From Heteronotia binoei (Eukaryota): a stretch of DNA of 64,000 bases. A model generated the notes under the pieces. The model made no database searches. It saw only the letters and a program-made list of their open reading frames with translations, and was not told where the DNA came from. Location of the stretch: positions 252,836,001 through 252,900,000 of the forward strand of contig NC_083223.1 in assembly GCF_032191835.1 (NCBI RefSeq), read 5' to 3'. Position numbers and translations under genes: made by a program. This document shows, piece after piece, positions 60,555 to 64,000 of this stretch (positions are counted from its first letter, which is position 1; each line of letters opens with the position of its first letter).

Positions 60555-61875
60555 CCAGTGACAACTGGATTGAGGCGGGTCAGCAATACTGTTGCTGTTG
60601 GACCTGTTGGCAGTGTTCAACAGTTGCTGGTTCACTGCCTCGCCGATGTGGGGATTCAGGGGTTGGCCTTACAATGGCTTTCCTCCTTTCTCTGTGATCC
60701 GGACAAAGGGTGGCGATCGGGGGACGATCGTCTCAGAGGCATCTGCTTAATTGTGGGGTGCCTCAGGGGGCGGTGCTTTCCCCGATGTTGTTTAATATCT
60801 ATATGCGCCCCCTTGTACAGATTGTCAGGAGGTTTGGGCTGGGTTGCCATCAGTATGCAGATGACACCCAGCTTTATCTGCTGATGGATGACTGGCCTGC
60901 CTCTGCCCCAGAAAAATTGTCCCCGGCGTTACAAGCCATGGCGGAGTGGCTCAGGCTGAGTCGTCTGAAGCTGAATCCAATGAAGACGGAAGTCCTTTGT
61001 CTGAGTCGTGGTGGCCTGGGAAGGGAAATCCCTCTACCAGCCTTTGATGGGGTGCCACTGATATCGGCGCCTAAAGTCAAGAGCTTGGGGGTGATACCGG
61101 AGCCCACATTGGCTATGGAGGCCCAGATAGCAGCTACTGCGAGATCCGCCTTTTTCCATCTTAGGCGGGCACGACAGTTGGCACCCTTCTTAGAGCACTT
61201 AGCAACAGTGATTCATGCAACGGTCACCTCGAGACTGGACTACTGTAATGCCCTCTACATGGGGCTGCCCATGTCTCGAACCCGGAAGCTGCAGCTGGTG
61301 CAGAATGCTGCGGCCAGGCTGTTACTGGGTCTCTCTATTCGGGATCATGTACAGCCAAGGATTTGCTACAAGGTGCTGGTTATTACCTTTAAAGCCCTAT
61401 ATGGCCGAGGACCTGTCTACCTTAGGGACCGTCTCTCCCCATACATTCCCCAGAGGGTACTTAGATCTGGATCACAAAACCTATTAGAAATCCCCGGGCC
61501 GAGGGAGGCGAGATTGAAGGCTACCAGAGAACGAGCCTTCTCTATTGTGGCCCCCCACTTGTGGAACCAACTCCCAGATGATGTTAGAGCCTTGCGGGCC
61601 CTTGCCCAATTCCGCAAGGCCTGCCAAACAACATTATTTCGAACGGCCTTCAACTAAAGCACGGAGCTGCTCAACATCATGTTATGGAACTTAGCACCAA
61701 AACTGTTGTTTTATAATTGTTTAGTATTTTAAATCGCAATTGTTTAATTTTAACTGATATTATTGTAACTGTTTTTTTACTGCTTTATGGTTTTATTGTT
61801 CAATATATTCAATGTTGTTAGCCTGCTTCAGCGGGGAGGGCGGGATACAAATACGAAAAATAAATAAATAATAAA
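60555..61875 (+). mobile_element. L2 (CR1 superfamily) LINE, 5'-truncated, in SSR2 intron 2
   Basis: RT motifs GVPQGAVLSPMLFNIYM and YADDTQLYL in the 315-aa ORF 60710-61657; 3'UTR ends gcgggatacaaat + (taaa)n. Confidence 0.92.
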
Positions 61876-61922
61876 TTAGCTCTAGGTTTTTGTCTCCTCT
61901 CCAGATCATAGCTTGTTCCTAA

Positions 61923-62129
<207 letters not shown>

Positions 62130-62222
62130 TAGCCCTCATGGCTGTAAATAGATGGGCAATTTTGTTTCCATATCTCCAAAAGCAAATGAAGATCCCATAA
62201 AGCCTGCTGCATCGTTCCTTAA

Positions 62223-63092
62223 TGGGTTGGATCTAAAGTGCTACATTGCTTGAGATTCTTCTTAAGAACGTAAGAACATAAGGGAAGCCATGCTGGATCA
62301 GGACACTAGAAGCCCTCCCACTGTTTCCCCTCCCCAAAGTACCAAGAACACAGAGCATCACTGCTCCAGACAGAGAGCTCCAACAACACGCTGTGGCCAA
62401 TAGCCACCGATGGACCTCTGCTCCATATGTTTTTCCAATCCCCTCTTGAAGCTGTCTATGCTGGCAGCCATCACCACCTCCTGTGGCAGTGTATTCCATG
62501 TGTTAATCACCCTTTGGGTGAAGAAGTACTTACTTTTATCAGTTCTAACCCAGCTGCTCAGCAATTTCATTGAGCGCCCAATAGTTCTCGTATTGTGAGA
62601 AAGGGAGAAAAGTACTTCTTTCTCTACCTTCTTTATTCCATGCATAATCTTGTAAACCTCTTATCATGTCACCCCTCAGTTCTTGTGACAATTTGGCATT
62701 GTGGCAGTGCCGGGGGGGGGAAGTACGTCTGTGGTTCTTTCCTCCTGCAGCCTGTGACAAGCCAGATGCATATTCCAACTGGACTGTGCAGGATTTTCAG
62801 ATGCTCTGCCTGTGAATTCTGTGTATGTAATGTTTGTGTGACAAGAGCTGGAGTCTTCTGGACTCAATGATGCGAGTGTTTCCTTTGCCTCTTTTGAGTC
62901 AAAGGATCCTGAGTCAAATAATTAATCAGGATCCTGCTCTGGATCCTGATTTATTATTGGGTCCTTCTTGTTTTTCTGCCAGCATCCTTCTGTCTCCCCC
63001 TTGCAGATCCCTTCATCATATCCAGCCCTGGAGTTTCTCCTGGAGAAGGAATAAACTTCCGTGAAGCAATGTAGCACTTTAGATCCAACCCA
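62223..63092. mobile_element. Non-autonomous DNA transposon with perfect 29-bp TIRs, flanked by TTAA
   Basis: tgggttggatctaaagtgctacattgctt (62223-62251) and aagcaatgtagcactttagatccaaccca (63064-63092); TTAA on both sides. Confidence 0.8.
62260..62690 (-). mobile_element. CR1 LINE 3' end nested in the TIR element
   Basis: Minus-strand KYFFTQRVINTWNTLPQEVVMAASIDSFKRGLEKHME plus an atgttcttac tail. Confidence 0.88.
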
Positions 63093-63299
63093 TTAACATT
63101 TTCAAGGAAGAAAGAAAAATGCAACGTCACTTAGCAACTGCAGCAGTATGCTTGATGTTTCTAGTGTACGTTGCAGATTCTAAAGGAGCAATAATACTGA
63201 AGGCATCCTCAGCCAGGTGCCTTTACCTCCTTAACCATCGCCTCTTTTTTTGTCTCCCTTCTGTGATGAAATTTGCTTCCTTAACTACTGGCTGCTCAG

Positions 63300-63408
63300 C
63301 GCCAGCAACGTCTCCCACACAGTGGTCCTGAGACCCTTGAAAGCTGGCTACTTCAACTTCACATCAGCTACCATCACATACCTGGCTCAGGAAGGGGGAC
63401 AGGTGGTG
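63300..63408 (+). CDS. SSR2: SSR2 exon 4 ([36 protein letters not shown])
   Basis: ctcag acceptor with a U12-type branch site, GTG|gtaagt donor, 109 nt. Exons 5-6 lie beyond the window. Confidence 0.98.
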
Positions 63409-64000
63409 GTAAGTAGAACTTGCTCTGGGGTTGCGTTCAAGGCAGTTGCAAGACCTGTGGGGGTCTAGGTTTTTTTGCTCTACACACCCTGTTACTCTGG
63501 ATGGCTGCTGACCCACCAACTCAGGCACCAACTCTTATGTTCGCTCTCACACTGTTCTTTTACAGAAGGCCAAAAAGAGCTCCTTGCCGGAAAGGCAGAG
63601 AAACCAGCTGCCTTCTCCTTCCTGGAGAAACTCGCAGCAGGAAAGCTGGGTTCTCTCCCATGAGCTGGGTTTTTGCTGGAAAGTAATGCAGAATTGCTCA
63701 ATGGAGGCGAAAAAGGATGCTCGCCCTTGGTGGGGAGAAGTGTGAATTTACAAAACCTGCAGCCAACGACTATGCTACCCCTCACCTTCACCAAAGGAGG
63801 TGCCCTGCAGTATTCCACAGCGCATTTGTGCCGGGGTGTGTGTGTGTGTGTGTGTGCTTTTCCCTTTCTGTCCATGAGGTATCACAGAGTCTGGAGTAAA
63901 TGGCCCTTTTGATATCCGGTGGATCCTTACCTAGCTTATAGGGAGATCTTTGCCCCAAAGCTGGGAGTGGGTTTGGGTGAAATAAAGAAATCATTCTTTC

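Noticed and set aside
60264-60555. Short overlapping ORFs in SSR2 intron 2
   Set aside because: No splice support or recognisable homology; consistent with chance ORFs.
60710-61657. 315-aa plus-strand ORF as a host gene
   Set aside because: It is the RT/C-terminal part of a 5'-truncated L2 LINE with internal in-frame deletions (e.g. the LHWLP block appears missing).

Overview
Vertebrate genomic DNA. The SINE, BovB and MITE complement points to a squamate, probably a gecko (inference). Four spliced protein-coding genes can be built exon by exon from splice signals and protein recognition. (1) GLMP: minus strand, exons 1-4 at 15252..3748; the remaining exons lie left of the window. (2) CCT3: minus strand, all 14 coding exons at 46790..27521, 1638 nt, 545 aa. 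(3) TSACC: plus strand, head-to-head with CCT3 across a CpG-island promoter, about 126 aa; the ORF track largely misses it. (4) SSR2: plus strand, exons 1-4; the rest lies right of the window. Introns and intergenic DNA are packed with CR1, L2, BovB/RTE, Penelope-like fragments, three tRNA-SINE families and hAT-type MITEs. Highlights: (a) a very young 3.72-kb Ty1/Copia LTR element with apparently identical 398-bp LTRs and a 5-bp TSD. It keeps gag-PR-IN but has no RT/RNase H, has lost the integrase catalytic Glu, has a 28/31-nt primer-binding match to the 5' half of tRNAiMet, and carries a perfect MARE plus CCAAT and TATA in LTRs pointing at GLMP. (b) A 298-bp palindromic Penelope-derived insertion in CCT3 intron 1 with minimal hammerhead ribozyme motifs on both strands. 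(c) A U12-type intron in SSR2. All alignments and family names were done by eye or from memory; no searches were run.
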